Source: Cenococcum geophilum (taxonomy: Eukaryota). Taken from it: a DNA stretch of 64,000 nt. Below, piece by piece: positions 41,631-55,681 of this stretch. The notes under the pieces were generated by a model. That model was not told where the DNA came from, ran no database searches, and was given only the letters and a program-made list of their open reading frames with translations. How positions within the stretch are numbered: the stretch's first letter is position 1; every line of letters begins with the position of its first letter. A program made the position numbers and the translations under genes. The stretch spans positions 10,044,001 to 10,108,000 of the forward strand of contig CP158635.1 of the NCBI GenBank assembly GCA_050273025.1, read 5' to 3'.

Positions 41631-43141
41631 ATGATCCAAGTCCAACGACCTCTAATCATACAGACGCAATTGATAAGGCTCTATTGCCCACTTGAGACTC
41701 GTCTGAAGCATTCCAGCTTCCGCCGACATTACCACCGCCAGCTTCATACCAAATCTGTAACCGATGACGATATAGCACGTCTAGCTTCCCGACCACTCCA
41801 TCCACTTACCCTCACCGACCTGGTCAAGTAGGATATCCTACTAAAGCTCCTCCTGCCGCTCTAGTAACTGATAGCTTCTGTCATAGACATGGCCGACCTC
41901 CGCTCTCCGCACAGGCCCTATATAGCTCCGCAAACTTTACGCTATCCATTCTCCCCGCCCGCCTCGCTTACCGCATCCAATCCCTCCGAAACCTGCCCTA
42001 TATAGTCGTCTCAAACCCCCAGATTAACAAAATTCACAATAATTACTTACATTCCCTCTCAACGCTCTTGCCATGGGCCGAAAAGGAAATTATAACTTTG
42101 GAGGACGAGGTCAAATTCACAGAGGTCATGGCCGACCTAGTCCAAACACATTCCAATACCATCTCTATATTGGCTAGGGGTTTCCTGGAGGCTAGGAAGT
42201 ATATAAGTCCTAAAGAGGTTACCAGGTTCCTCGACGAGCACCTTCGCGCCCGCATTGGCACCCGCCTCATCGCCGAGCAGCACATCGCGTTACACTTCTC
42301 ATCCCAGCCACACCAGGAGCTCTCCTCATCCTCATCCTCCTCTTCTTCTGTAGAAGACTCCTCCCATCCCGCATCCAGTTACATTGGCGTTATCGACACA
42401 AACCTACGCCCTGCTAGTATTATACAACATTGCGAATCCGTCGTCTCTGAGATATGCGAGCTTAAGTACGGCGCGCGGCCACATGTTGTGGTGAAGGGAG
42501 AGCCGGAGTACACGTTCGCACACGTCCCAGTACATCTTGAATACATACTCACAGAACTACTGAAAAATGCATTTCGCGCAACGGTCGAGAGCGGCATGGA
42601 GCGGGAGCCTATCGAAATAACAATCGCGCCGCTTCCCGAAGATCTCCTATGCGAGGACAATGAAAACATATCAGACGAAGCCATCTCCAATACCGACCAA
42701 GGAAACGCCGATGTGGCTTCCAAATCCTGCACTGGCCAAGATGTTTCGGAGACCGCTTCTGCAGTCGCTTCCCAAATGATCCGACCCCTTGCCCGCTCCA
42801 CCCCCGGCGTAACGATCCGCATCCGTGATCGCGGCGGGGGCATCTCTCCCGAGAATTATGCGCATATCTGGGACTACAGTTTCACGACGTTCAACGAGGA
42901 GCAAGTCTCCTTGACCCTCTCGGGAGGCTCTTCGGCCAAGTCCGGCAACAGCATGGATGGGTTGAACGCCATTTCTGGGCCAGGAGGGGATGGTGCGAAC
43001 AGTCTCGCAGGTCTAGGGTACGGGCTACCACTTGGCCGGGCTTATGCGGAGTATTTCGGGGGAGGCATTGCGGTTCAGAGTCTATGGGGATGGGGCGCGG
43101 ATGTTTACTTGAGCTTGAGAGGCGTTGGAAAGGTGGATTGA
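41631..43141 (+). CDS. Mitochondrial pyruvate/branched-chain alpha-ketoacid dehydrogenase kinase (2 exons)
   Basis: Arg-rich presequence, LPARLAYRIQSLRNLPYIVVSNP, RIGTRLIAEQH, ELLKNAFRAT (N box), IRIRDRGGGI (G1), AGLGYGLPLGRAYAEYFGG (G2). Confidence 0.92.
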
Positions 43142-45915
43142 AGGACTGGCGGGCTCATTGTGAGCGATTGAAAAACTTACCTACCGCCGATCGAGAAAAT
43201 GATGCCCTGCGGATCTAGGCGAGGATTAATGCCCCCAAATGCGGAGAGGTGATTTCGTGTGCTCATTCAAGTACCTAGGAAGGAAAGGCGGGGTCGGGTC
43301 ACATGCTTCCAATAGCATCTTCTAGTTGGAGTGAGTTGTTAAGGGGCAGTGCCATGATGAACCTGATCTGTCAGCACGTCGGTGAGCAGCAGTGCAGCCA
43401 TTATTTCTAGTGATCCGATAGGGTTGACTGTACTAGGGTCATTACGAACTCGTATGAATGAAATGAACTGATGAGTGCAATGTACTTCAGTATCATTTCT
43501 CTGCGTCTCAACACTTCTATCGCCTCTTTCTCTTTCCAAAATGTGACTCGATATGAAGATCCGCATTCATGTAGTGAGAACCGTCGTATTTCCTGGACGA
43601 CCGACTATTGTTTACGTTTACACCTTTCTCTCGTGCGCTCCTGCCATATTTCCTGACGCTCACTATCACTATGATAGAGATTGGCGTTCTTTGAACACCT
43701 AGAAGATTAGAGGACGACTTAAACGCGACGTTTCATGGGTATGCACAAAAAACGAAGGAAATAGCCCATTGGGTCCTCATTTCCACAGCAGCCTCAATTT
43801 AAAAGGATTGCTTCTCGCTGGGAGAAGACGGATTTCTCTATGCAGTTCCGTCGTAGAACCAAGTAAAAGCCAACGAGAGAAAAGCGCAAAGAAAAACTTC
43901 CAAAAAGAGGAAACTAGCCAATGATACTTTCCAAAAGAAAAATAGTCAGTCAATGTCCTGAGTATACCACTCAGCCAACCACTCAGCGAATTACTCAGCA
44001 GGGCATTGAAGAGGCGCGCGTATGCCTAGACAGGAATGCTGGGTCTCGTTTATCCCAAAATTCTGGAACCGCAAGTCAAAATCAGCCGCCCGATGTTCTG
44101 CAGTGTCCTCGATCGCGAAAGCATCTGCACGGTATTTGGCCATTCACTACGTTTGCAATCTTCGCAGCTGGGCTTTTAGTTAACCTAAGAGGCGGGAAAC
44201 CACCCTACAAAGCAAGTGACCTGAAAACGAGATACCCTGCGGCTGATCTGGGTGGGCAAGCAGTTCAGCGCAGCAAAAAATCCGCGGCGCCCAAATGTGG
44301 TATCGAAACATCTACTACTATTTTAAAACCCCTCCTAACCCGCATGATAGCTATGCCCCCATGCAGACGCCGCAGTATCCATTGGTCCAATTATACCGAC
44401 GAAGCTCTAAACACGGACGCCTATCAACTGGTGCGGTGTGATTTGACTGGGAGCTTTGGCTTTACAACTCTCCGTCACAGCTATACGGTGGTCGGATTTG
44501 AACGCAATCAACACGCTAGTCATGAGAATGAGTGCCACTGGAAAGAAATAGTCGATACGCCGGAACGGAAAATGTACAGGCAGACTACTGCACAAAAAGC
44601 CACAGGCGAGTTTTATGCCTTCCATGTCCTAGGTCCTATGCAAACGGCGGAATGCATGACCATTCCGGCAGCGGCGACTACCATCCCGTGAACAACGGGA
44701 ACAATCTGTCCGGGTTCCCGCCAGCAAATTTCCAGAATAGGTGGTCTTGATGCTGGAATTGTCAGGCGCTTTGGTTCAGTGCTGACAGTGGTGGGAAGGC
44801 TCGGTGCCTGGCGGGTCCCCTGGCTTACCATAAAAGTACGGGCTCTGCTGATTATGCCCTCCATCCTAAGTAAATCAGTTGAGGCTAAATGGAGAACCTG
44901 GGTGAATTGGTGAGTAGATTTGGGTTAGTTCCTTGGGCAGCCAAAGCCGATGATACTGGAAACTTGGTACTATTAGGGGCTAGTGGTTATTTCCGCTTAA
45001 AAAGCTACGAGTTATACACCGACCTTTGGGGTATTGATTGTAGATCCTCCCGCAATACTGACTGGAGCATTCAACTTGTATGTATAGTGCGCGAAGGCTG
45101 ATATTATTTGCTTATAGCTCGATGATGAAACTAATAAACGTATTCCTTTAGTTACATGCACCATTACGTAGTCTACTCAGTTTTAGGTGTCCCAGTTATA
45201 CCTAAGTTGTCACTCCTGACGAAGAGAGCGGGTAAGAAATCTAATGGGTGGAACCGTAAATGATCGTCTGATAAGCTTTATTGACGTTGTCGTGCTGTCC
45301 TTGATGGACTGGCGCAAGTGGGTTGCTGTTGGACTAGTGATTTGAATGCTGATAACGTCGGTTATAATTGATAACCGTAAAAAAGGCCCGGCTTGAACGG
45401 CCTCCCAAAACCATTAGATTGGGCTAAGGGTTATGTTGCAAGTGACATTCACATGAGCTTCCTGTGGTCGCGTGATGGAATTCGAGTATATAGATCCGTT
45501 TGGAGCGATGACTCCACGTTGTGGAGTCTCCTGCACGCAACCGTCCTCCGATCGTATCGTGATAGGTTACTTGAAGGCCATCGCCACATTTAGAAAGCGT
45601 GCGGCGAAGCCTTGATGATGGTTTAGTGTCCTTAAATACGGTAAACACATGTGAAGTAGAAATCAAGGTAAACATATCTGACGTCTTCAGTAGGCAGAAA
45701 TCTATCTCTATCTGCTAGAAGCATTTCCCTTTTAATCATGCAAAGAGAGCCATAAGCCATAACAACATAATCCAACCTTACGCCTAACCAACCCGGGCTA
45801 CATGACCCAGCGTAGCCAATTCCTGCCCGCAGTATTAGACTTTTTCTCAGACCCTCGCTAACATCGAGGAAATGAAGCAGACCAAGTATCAAAGCGGTTG
45901 CTCCGCAATAAGAGT

Positions 45916-48900
45916 CTATTCATCTTCATCGCTGAAGACCTCTTCGCCTCTCTGTAGCAGTCTGTTAGCATGTATTCTATCATTCGGAAAGTGTACTGTA
46001 GTTGACTAACCTTACGACGTGCCATACGCTCCTTCTTCTTCTTCCTCATTTCAGCGCTGGTGAGCTTCTTCTTCTTCCCTCCACCGGAGATCTTGTTGCC
46101 CATGGCATCGAACTTCTCCTCCTCGTTATCCTTCTCCGTCAACCTCGGACCGGAGCCCTGACCCTGCACCCAGTTGTGACCTGATGGTGTCATCTTGCCG
46201 TCCACGACAGCCCAAACTTCCTCAGTCAAGTCACGGGTGAATTCGGCTGAGTGAGTGATGATGATAACACCACCCTCGAACGACTTAATAGCCTTGGACA
46301 GAGCACCAAGGGAGTCACGGTCGAGATAGTTGGTGGGTTCGTCAAGGACGATCAAGTGCGGTCGTTGCCACGAGCAAGCAGCAAGGACGACCTTGACACG
46401 CTGACCACCGGAAAGACCGCGCATGCGGGAGTGAGAGACAAGCTCGGCATCGAGACCGAAGTTGGCGGCGTGAGCCTCAATCTCCTTGCGAACCAGAGGA
46501 CGGAATTGACCGCTGGCAAGAGCCTCCTTCTGATCCACCTCGGCAACCATCTTGGAGTGGGATGCCAGGATTTCGCTACGGGGAATCCATGCGTTGTCCG
46601 CAGTCATCATTGGTGTCCATCTCTCACCCTTCTGACCTACGTTCTCACCGAGAGCGAAGGAGCACTCATATTCATAGGAGTTCTTGAACTTCCTACGCGA
46701 GTGAATCCCAATGACTCGTCGCTGAGTGCCCTCAATCTTGTAGATCTTGTCCATGGCCTTCTCATCCTCGTCGGTGATGATCTTGTTGGCACGATCCATC
46801 GTCTCACGATCCTCACCAGTCTGGAAACGCCACTGAATGTATTCAGAAGGAGTCTTATCCAAATGATGATCGATATGAGCGAAGGCATGCTGCTTGATGT
46901 AGGCGATACGGATGTTCTCGTGCTGATAGACCTCACCTAAAGTGGGGATGAGTTCACCAGTCAACACGTTGACAAGAGTGGATTTGCCAGCACCGTTGGG
47001 ACCAATAACAGCGATACGAGAGCCAAGAGAGCACTGGAAGGTGATGTCGGAAATCTGGGGCTTCGCTGTGCCAGGGTACTGGAAGCTCATGTTGGTGACA
47101 CGGATGATGGCCTTGGCCTTGGTCTTGACACCCTCGAGGAAACCAGGTTCCGGGAACTTGAACTCCATCTCACTCGCGCTCAGTTCGTGGTAGGACTTGG
47201 CGGAAGGAACACGCTTGACAAACTCGCTCAGGTTGCCTCGGTATCTCTTCAGCTTGAAGCGCTCGTAGTGGATAACGTGCTGGATAACATTATCCAAGAA
47301 CTTGCTGTCGTGAGAAATGATAATGGATGTACAGGGCGAGTTTACAAGGTACTGTTCCAACCATGCGACGTTCTTCACGTCCATATGGTTAGTAGGTTCG
47401 TCCAAGAGAAGAATATCAGGTTCCTCAAAGACAGCACGGGCAAGCGCAAGCTTCATCTTCCAGCCACCAGAGAGCGAAGTGATGGGTTGAGTGAGCTGCT
47501 CGAGAGCGAAACCGAATTCAACGAGCTTTGCCTCGACTTCAGATTGAGGCTTGGCAATGCCAACATCAGCCAACTTCTTCATGGTCCAGCCGATGACAGT
47601 CTGCTCGGTATCAGCAGAGTCGAGATCGTGCTCAACATAAACTGTCTTAACCTCGCTCTGCTTGGGAAAGCCCTCAACCTGCTCGTTGTTGATGGCACGC
47701 ATAAGAGTAGTCTTGCCAGAACCGTTGGGACCCAAGAGACCATAACGCTGGCCACGCTTTAGACGAAGGTGAGTCTGGTTAAGAAGGATTTTGGCACCAT
47801 AAGCCAAGTTGAACGTGCAGTTGCAAAGGTCTTCACCTTCTTCCTCATCAGGCTCGACCTCGTCTTCGTCGGCAACACCAGGTAGGGATCGCTTCCGAAG
47901 AGCATCAGCAACGCTCTTGGCATCTGCCTCTCCAATGATAGCAGAGACGAAAGGAATTGTGTTGGTTTGCCAGCTAATCTGTTCGTGCTCTTTCTCGTCG
48001 ATGAGTTGGCCGCCGATTGCGGAGATGTAGGTCAGAATTGGGTCGAACTTGGCATCAAGCTTGTACTTGGAAGGGAAGGACTGCTTCAAGCTAGCGAGCA
48101 CGGTGGCAATGTCACCAGCCTTGGAGACTTCCGGAATCTTGCCATCTTTGACAGCACCAACGCGGATGAGGGTGTCGAGACCTTGACGGGTCTTTTCGCG
48201 AGCTTCGGGGTCAGCCAAAGTATCGTAGTTCTTGTTAAGCGCTGGCATCAGCTTGGGCAAGAAGGCGGCAACGATCTGAGGATCCTCGACGAGCTTGCAC
48301 ATGTTGTCAACGATGACGGCGGACTTTCGCTTGATGGCAGTCTCACGTTCAACGAGACCACGCTCGAGGAGGGGAACCATAATGGCAAGGGTTGGCTCGT
48401 GGACGTCGGTGACGAAAGTAGTGGCACCGAGCAGATGAACAGTCTCGGGGACGTTCTCAGGCTTGGCGATACACTTAATGAGCTCGGGAATGAAACGCTC
48501 GATATCCTTGTTGGAAATTAGAGCGCACAGCTTCTCCATTGTGCCATAAGCAGCCTTCTTCACTTCTGGCTTTGTATCCCACATAGCCTCGGAGATGACG
48601 GGGATGAGGTCTGGGACGCGGAAAGCAAGCTGGGCGGGAGCGCTCTTGCAGAGGATCTCGATGCACTTGAGGTCGGCCATCTTTTCGGGCCACTTCTGGG
48701 CATTGCGAAGAGAGTGGATTATGGCTGGGATGACGGCTTTCACGGCGTTAGCGTTTGAGGCCTCGACGATAGCTTCGGAGGCAGTCTGAGCGGCGGTTTT
48801 CACGGAGCTCATCTTATCTCCAACAGCAGCAAGAGTGTTCGGGAGGAGAGAGACTAAATATGGCTCGACAGCGGGAGAGACGGTAGAGTGCTGGGCGATA

Positions 48901-49277
48901 GCACGGATGGCATCGAGAGCGCGTTCGCGGGCAACGGCATCTTTCTTGTTGCCAAGCTGCTTCTTCAGAAGCTCAACTATTCTATAGTACTTGTTAGCTG
49001 TCTGGTTCTTCTAAGAATTGCTACTGTGCGAAAACGAAGCGAGAGCGAAAATTCCTTGCACAAAAGGCGTAAACACTCACTTCGTGGGAGCGTCGGCCTC
49101 CTCAATGTCACCATTGATGAAGGTGGCGAGATCAAGAGACGCAGCGTTAATCTCATCCTTGGCCTTTGAGACGGCCAACTTGGAGAACAGCTCCTCCAAA
49201 ACCTTCAAAGATTTCTTGTTCTCGGATTTGGCTGCGGCAGAGGATTGTGCGGCCCGCATATCGACAGCGGGAGCCAT
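45916..49277 (-). CDS. YEF3: Fungal translation elongation factor 3 (eEF3), 3 exons
   Basis: HEAT region, two ABC cassettes ([41 protein letters not shown]), chromo-like insert, basic tail spliced to [11 protein letters not shown]. Confidence 0.97.
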
Positions 49278-52200
49278 GGCGATTGTGGGAGGGGTTTTTT
49301 TGTTTCGAGTATTCGTGGGAGATAAGGGGACGGGTGAGATTAAGTAGGTTCGGCGGTCAAAGGCGAACCTGAGGTGAGCTGAAAGACTGAAAATCTATTG
49401 GGTACCGGGGTATCTCGTTCGTGGCCAGACGCGACGATGTTGCAGCAAAGCAGTCGCGGCTCTCTATGCAAATGCAAAGACAGAGATAGAGAAAGAAAAA
49501 GAAGCCTTGAAGACCCGAAGGAAAGTGAGAGGAGATTGAGAGGGAAGGAGGAGGGCGGAGTGTTGGCTGCCTTTTTAAAAAAAAAATATTGTGGCCGGGG
49601 CAGGGATGGAGGGTCCAAGCGCGCGAGAACAGCAGAGTGAAATGGCACTAGTGCGTCGGAGTCGCTCAACAGGGCAGAAACTCGGTGAGAAGGTCAGAAA
49701 AGCGCGGATACTGCACTAATTCGCCTTTTTAACGTCTTTCGTCAACCCTCGATGACTCCAAGCTTGCAAGAATTTATTGAATTATTCATCACTTCTATCA
49801 AATTCTTGCCGCCGCGTTGACTATTGTCGACATTCCCGTCCATACGGCACATCTGGGCAAAACATGTCCTGGGCTCGCCAGAAAGCTAAACCAATCTATT
49901 TTTGCCACCCTTGCACAAATCTGAATCTGAGGCTGCGTGCTGACGGGCCTGTGATTAGATAGCCCACGCTAGTAGTATTATGCACATAGGGGAGTTGAGG
50001 GGCAGTGCCATGTCCTCCAATCGTCTTCCCTAGCCCTTGGACGAACAGACAAACACGGTGGCACTGCCTCAGCCATGGCCCGCCTCGTCCATTTTGGTTG
50101 TCTGGAACAAACCCTGAAGATCCCTTTCGCTCCAGCTCGCGCACTACGGCGAAGTACGGGAGGCTCCTGACTTGCCGAAGTCTCTGACGGACATTCCGAA
50201 GTAGCTACTGTCACAATCTAACCTTAAGATACCCATGCGTCTCAACGAAAGTACCTTTTTTGCGCGCCATGCCTTGTTTAGCCGCCCACGTTACTGTGAC
50301 TGAAAACCGGCAAACGCGCCGAAGGTTTCGAGAAAACTACGGTGTACGGCCCGCCAATCACTCACAAACCATTAGCCAACTGTCGGGTCCCTTCATATGC
50401 TATCGTCATCAAGCCAACGCCGACTGCGACCCTGCAAGGCCAAACTTAGCCATGCAGGTCAGCAATGCTTCCATATTCCTTTTTCCCATCTAATCTCTCT
50501 TTCCATATCTGATATCTGATATTTGACATTTGAGCGCGGAGAGTAAACTGGATTATGCATGCAAAGGGAGATTACTCCAATCCTCTCTATCTCGCACTCC
50601 GAGATGACCTTCTCCTTAAGTTTCGCCTAGGCGCATTTAGAGGCCAGTAGTATTTTAATGCGAACAAACGCGGCTTATCGACTGTCGGGCCTGCCGCACA
50701 GAGATCGTCTTCCCCGAGAGCCGGGATCTCCGGCAAAATTTTCTTGTCTTCTTGCCTTATGAACGTGCAAATTTAATTGGTTGCTGTTATTTTTGTGGGC
50801 TCGGTTGATTTTGAGCCTCCGTTGGCGAAAAACATCAGCTTGGCGTTGTGGTGTCGCAGGTCCATCACATTCTTCAAAACTCAGACGTCGTCTTTGATAC
50901 CCCGGATTTTCTCCACATAAGCTAGATAAGGCACTCCGCAATACGCTTGTACCGATAGGAAGACGGGTGGCACTGCCTCACCGTGATTGAGAGCGTCGAG
51001 TCAAACGCAGCAAACCATGTAATGAATCGACGAATCCATCGATTTTTCAGAGAATAGGATCCATACTACTCCATCCTCGCTTTCATTTGTTTTTATCTAG
51101 TGCGCTGAAGCAGTTTAGGGTGTCTTTCACACGACAAGGTCTGTGTTGCGACGCTTTGGCCTGACCCGTTAGCAAGTTCAAAGCTTGACTGCACCATCGC
51201 GGGAAGACCCACAAGGTGGCGCCCCATCGATAAGATCCTTATGCATGTCAGCTCTATTTGAATTGGGTTCGGATATTTTATGGGCGTTTATACCTTGTCG
51301 TTGGTCCTTCCGAAAGTCTCGCTCCGCCACTGAAACCGCCTCACCGCATCTTTGCTTCCCCCGAAATTTGTATCTTTTCGCTATTTCAACCTCGACATAT
51401 TTAATTGATAGGCGCGCCCGTCTCTCCTGCGCTTCATTAATTAAACAAGAAATTAGAAGGTCTACATTAGTAATAAAAAAAAGATTATATGTTTCAGCCT
51501 CTCGCTAGGGCTGCACCACAGAATACCAATAACCAAACTTCTTATTTGATTTCGTACCTAAAAGGCGTCCGGATACTACTTCACCCACGCATGGCACGAG
51601 GGCAATAGTTGAAATCAGCTCATTACTCAGAACGTGAGCTTACAGCATTGTTAGCAGTGATTCCATACTCACGTCTCACTCGTCGCAACTCCTACAAGCA
51701 CATTACCGCCTTGTTGCATTCTCTGCCCCTCACCTGGACGATTCGCCCTTGAGGCAATTCTCAATATTGACACGTTCATCATTATGTTGGATGGTTTGTT
51801 GAACATCTACATCGGTGGTTCCCTTGGGTATGGTAAAACTTTAGAAAGCCTCCAGATCCAGCCGTTGATCGGGGTTGTCCTCGGAACGGGTGGGAAATGT
51901 GAGCGGCAGGGTTTGTCGGTCACAATGATAAGGTTGGTGCGCCGTATAAATGCTGATGTAGACGCTGTTTGAGAGACTTAGCTAGACTCAATTCCATGGG
52001 GACTTGGATCCAGAATGTAATCTTTCAACTGCCTGGCTGTGCTTTAGTCACTTGAGTTGTGTAGGTATGAAGAAAGCAGAACTGACTTTGTGTAACGACT
52101 GGTATATTTACAAAGAACCGCGAAAACAAGAAACCCACTCGAAGTAATGCCAAGGCTTCCTCTTGGACCGCCAGCACCGATGTAACACCATCGTAAAGAT

Positions 52201-52422
52201 CCCTCACTTATCCAGAACGCATAGACAAAACCAAAGCAACCTCCCAGGAAATCAAGAAACCGCCCAGCCCAACAAAAACGGAACACTCACTCAAACGCAA
52301 AAAGCAGATATCCTCCCAATGCAATCCCCCTTTCGGTAACAAACATGCCGCCAAAGTCATTACACAAGTGCTTCGTAAAAATTTAAGGTTTATCATTGCA
52401 GACATTATCGAGCCTCACTCGT

Positions 52423-52914
52423 CTAGAGCTCTGTCCAGTGGACCGCCTCGACCTTTACATACTCCTCCGGCTCGTCCCGCCGTCGTGGCTTCCGAGAGCT
52501 GTCAGCCTGCTCGCGCCCCGATGACTTTCCAAAGCAACGGCATATCTCCGCCTTCAAGCCGCGGCCGACCCGCACCAAGAACGGAGACCGAGGATGTCCT
52601 TCCGGCGACGAGACCCCCGCCGTGGGTAGAGTGGGCGAGGATGCCGGTAAAGATTCCCTTCGTTCCTTGCCGGGACGCGGCTGAAGATCGCCGTGAGGGC
52701 TCGGTTGGAATTCTGCAGAGAACATGGGCGATGGAACGGGTGTCGGAGAAGAAGAGTCGATGTGGGGAGAGCGCATACTTGCGCCATCGCTTGACCCCGC
52801 AGGCCGTGGCAAGCCTTGTGGCGAGAGAGGCGGGTATGGGGATCGGGATCGGGATCGTTCGGTGACGTTAAGGCTTTTCTCAAAGCTTCTTGGGGTAAGG
52901 GAGGGAGATGACAT
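52423..52914 (-). CDS. Hypothetical Ser/Pro-rich protein ending VHWTEL
   Basis: Single open frame of 163 codons from ATG, with an upstream TATA-like tract; low complexity with an ordered-looking C-terminal motif. Confidence 0.5.
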   Translation of the reverse strand: MSSPSLTPRSFEKSLNVTERSRSRSPYPPLSPQGLPRPAGSSDGASMRSPHIDSSSPTPVPSPMFSAEFQPSPHGDLQPRPGKERRESLPASSPTLPTAGVSSPEGHPRSPFLVRVGRGLKAEICRCFGKSSGREQADSSRKPRRRDEPEEYVKVEAVHWTEL

Positions 52915-54915
52915 GGCTGGAACCAAGGCTTAGATTGGAAACTTTATTGGTGTATGAGGAAAGGATAAAAGCGGTAAAAATGGTACTAAAGGCGTCTGTT
53001 GCGTCTAGTGATGGATCCAAGAAGTGACAAAATGGTGGCAGTATGAATTAAGGATCCAGATAAAAAATTATACTATAATAGAGGGGAAGTTACTTAGGTA
53101 TGGTGCAATGGTCCGGTATATATGCGGCTATGGCGGATTTATTTAGGAGGAGTCTGGCCACGAAGACGGTCGGGCTGTGGGACTCATGCTGCGCCGTCAT
53201 GTCAGGCCACATGGTGCCACCATAAGCTCTGTCAGAATATATTAATGTCGAGATGTGCCGCATGCGGCCGGCGTTAGTGTTGGGTGTACAATATCGCCAA
53301 CGGGTGGGTGCAGGGGTCATCCTGTCAGACAAAATACTTTGCCAGTAACAGAGGTGTAGTTTGGGTGGTGGCGCGCCTCATGTTAGGCGCTTCGGTTCTT
53401 AAGAATTGTTATAGAGTTCATCGTGTTTCTGTTGCCGCGAGTCTAATTAATCTCCTACTTTTAGAGCGGCTGTAAGGTGATGGGTGGTCGTACGGTGGCC
53501 CAGCTCGCCGTAGTAAGCTGCGAAACGTTTCAAGGTCGATCCTGGACGGCGTAGTCTAGGCGAAAGCTAACAACTCCTTCAACTCCTACAACAACCTCAT
53601 CTCCTCGAAAACGCTAACGGAAACAAGAAAATCTCAAGGGCCCTTGCTCCTGGAATCCTGATCTTCGCACACTCGCAGCGCGATATTGGAATGAAGCCTG
53701 CAGATCTCATGTGACTGCATTTGCTGCACGAAATACCTCCACAAATATTATGCATCCCGCCGTTTCGGCAGAACAATACTTTATCCTAGAGTTCCCACGG
53801 AATGCGATGATAGAATTCTCTGTAATTACATTGAGATATGTGCTTCAATTTCTCGCGGTCACAGCAAACCACTATACTCCAATAAGCATATAATCCTCGG
53901 AGGAAGAGTTTTTTGTTATTCACGATAATGTTTCCAAGTAAATGGAAGAAATTGTCGAACAGGACGATCAAGAATGAGAACTCTGGTTTATTGAGAGAGG
54001 ATCTGGAGCATTATTAAATACACGAATTGAATGGGTCAAACGCACCCCTGAACTAAGCTTGATATAGTAGTGATCGACGACAGGCCGAGAGAAATCCAAA
54101 ATCACTCTTACTTTTTCACACGAAAAGGCGATGCGGCCCGACACAGTGCTATACGACTGCACAAAGTCTTGATTTAAATATCTACTTATGTATTTAACGG
54201 GTCACAGAACGCGGATTGAGGACCGATTAAGCGACTACGCCGTAAGGGAGTATGAAAAAAAAACCTCGACATGTCGGCCCGGGCTTGTACCATCAAACAC
54301 ATTCACTTGTGTTAGGCAGAGGTCGCTTACTAGTCTTTGCTTATTTCGCCTCCCTCTCCAACGAGGCTCTGAGGCTGATGCGGCGTTAAGCGCTTGCCTC
54401 AATACATGTGGTTGGAAACCTCTTCTTATTGGGATTAGGCACTTGGCTCCGTGTTGAAGGATGCACGCTGTGCCTCTTGGTTAAAAAAAAAAAAAAAGAA
54501 GCAGGGCTAAATGGTATTCATTGGGGCCACGTTTTGATATCTGTTGGAGCAGCAAGGTTAACAAGATAATTCCTTTTTGGCACGGTAAGATCGCTTTACA
54601 GAAACCGTATGACTTTGAATCCGTATCGACCCAGCGGTAGGATTGGACGACGACTCCTGCGAGCGCTGAGGTAGGCGAAAATTCAAATAGATTCTATTTC
54701 TCCCAACGGCACCAACGGCGCCATTTGTGCGGCATTTGTCGAACGGAATTTAAGGCTATATATTGTCCTAATTCGCGCTACCTATAGCCTTTTATCCTCA
54801 ACGTCAGTGGTCCGTGCGGGAATACCAAAATTAACCTCATATTTCTGAGCACGCCCTTAAATCCTATTGATCCTATTGGCTAAATCCTTATCGATAACAC
54901 GAGGACGAATTTTAC

Positions 54916-55083
54916 TGTAAGGCATATTGCCCAGGTGTACGGTAGGGAGCAGGCAAGCCGAGCAGGAGAATCGATGGAAGAGGACGATATGGTAAAAAGT
55001 AGGTATGGCAATACCCTAATACGGAGACGCACCGATGAGGAGGGAAGGGCTGCAAGCCCGAGTAAGGGAAAAGATCCCTTACA
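54916..55083. mobile_element. Solo LTR (168 bp) with 5-bp target-site duplication
   Basis: TTTAC|TGTAAGG ... CCTTACA|TTTAC. Confidence 0.85.
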
Positions 55084-55088
55084 TTTAC

Positions 55089-55540
55089 CGTGCTAAGGGA
55101 TACTTAGTATAGGTCTATTATAACTACAATATAGTTGTAAATTAAGTGTTATAATAGCCGCGTTTTATCTTAAAGTATATTATTACTAGCCTTATAGCTC
55201 TTTATTTTAGTAGTTGATCTATAACCTTTTAATAAAAAAAGAAGTAGCTTCTCCTTATAAGTATTCCTGTAAAGGAATTGGGCTTATATTGATATCGCTA
55301 TCGTACAAGAAGGATTTGTTAAGGAAAGAAGAGGTTGGAGTTCCCCTAAGTCGTACAAGTGTTCCTCTCCTGCCAAGTAGTTCTTCTAGGGTACAACCAT
55401 TACAAATACTACTAGTATCGCAGGAGCGGCGCCGGTCTGCTAGGGGGGGTTTCCATTTTTCTATATACATGTAGACGCAGATGGGGGAGGAGAGGTAGAG
55501 AAAGTATACTTACTAAAACCGGTTACTTAGCGAGCGGATA
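55089..55540. repeat. Small RIP-like AT-rich repeat relic
   Basis: Local TpA-rich tract resembling the left compartment; no identifiable domain. Confidence 0.55.
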
Positions 55541-55681
55541 AGTAACCTTTCCGCATGGGGTAAATGCATGGGCGCATGGCTGGCCCAATAGCCAATAGTA
55601 CGCGCGCATTAGCGACCTTTACCACGCTGCAACCGCAACTGATCAGTCCGCCGTCCTTTAACCTGTGATTCACATCCAACC

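Noticed and set aside
43921..44691. 256-aa plus-strand ORF
   Set aside because: No recognisable domain or clear gene structure. It may be a relic or orphan but cannot be supported.
45122..45240. Possible C/D snoRNA (ATGATGA..CTGA) or hammerhead core (CTGACGA..GAAA)
   Set aside because: No convincing terminal stem, rRNA guide or stem II pairing.
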